Assembly: GCA_013239625.1 (NCBI GenBank)
Contig: MU054391.1
Span: 6,469,824-6,533,823, forward strand
Reading direction: 5' to 3'
Length of the DNA stretch: 64,000 nt
Source of the DNA: Lama guanicoe
Taxonomy: Eukaryota
Below, piece after piece: positions 63,970 to 64,000 of the stretch. Below the pieces are notes generated by a model that made no database searches, was not told where the DNA came from, and worked only from the letters and a program-made list of their open reading frames with translations. The position numbers and the translations under genes were made by a program. Positions within the stretch are counted from its first letter, which is position 1. Each line of letters opens with the position of its first letter.

Positions 63970-64000
63970 GGTGGTTAGCTGCTGAAAGGGCAAAAGCAGC

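Noticed and set aside
39200..64000. Many 60-170 aa ORFs upstream of PDIA6
   Set aside because: None resembles a known protein or forms a consistent spliced frame; many start at non-ATG codons or lie in repeats.

Overview
Mammalian genomic DNA, most likely camelid (several tRNA-derived SINEs look like the camelid Vic-1 family, and the L1 3' ends are artiodactyl-type). The window holds two convergent genes. On + is the 3' part of ATP6V1C2 (V-ATPase subunit C2): nine coding exons at 2875-17600, including the 46-aa cassette exon. On - is the complete PDIA6: 13 exons, 38707->18650, 1323-nt CDS = 440 aa, two WCGHC sites, C-terminal KDEL, and a CpG-island promoter with a perfect ERSE. The 25 kb upstream of PDIA6 is non-coding and repeat-rich (MLT1 LTRs, L1, L2, MIR, hAT/Tigger elements, one ERV solo LTR), with CTCF, ARE and CRE motif clusters. 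I found no prokaryote-style novel system, CRISPR array or genuine RNA gene. The most interesting items are: (1) apparently dead orthologues of human PDIA6 upstream alternative exons, one inside an MLT1 LTR; (2) a candidate 6-nt in-frame microexon in ATP6V1C2; (3) several TSD-flanked retro-insertions carrying non-repeat sequence; (4) head-on poly(A) signals of the two genes. Exon boundaries were checked by hand for GT/AG and reading frame. Repeat family names and boundaries come from pattern recognition and are approximate.
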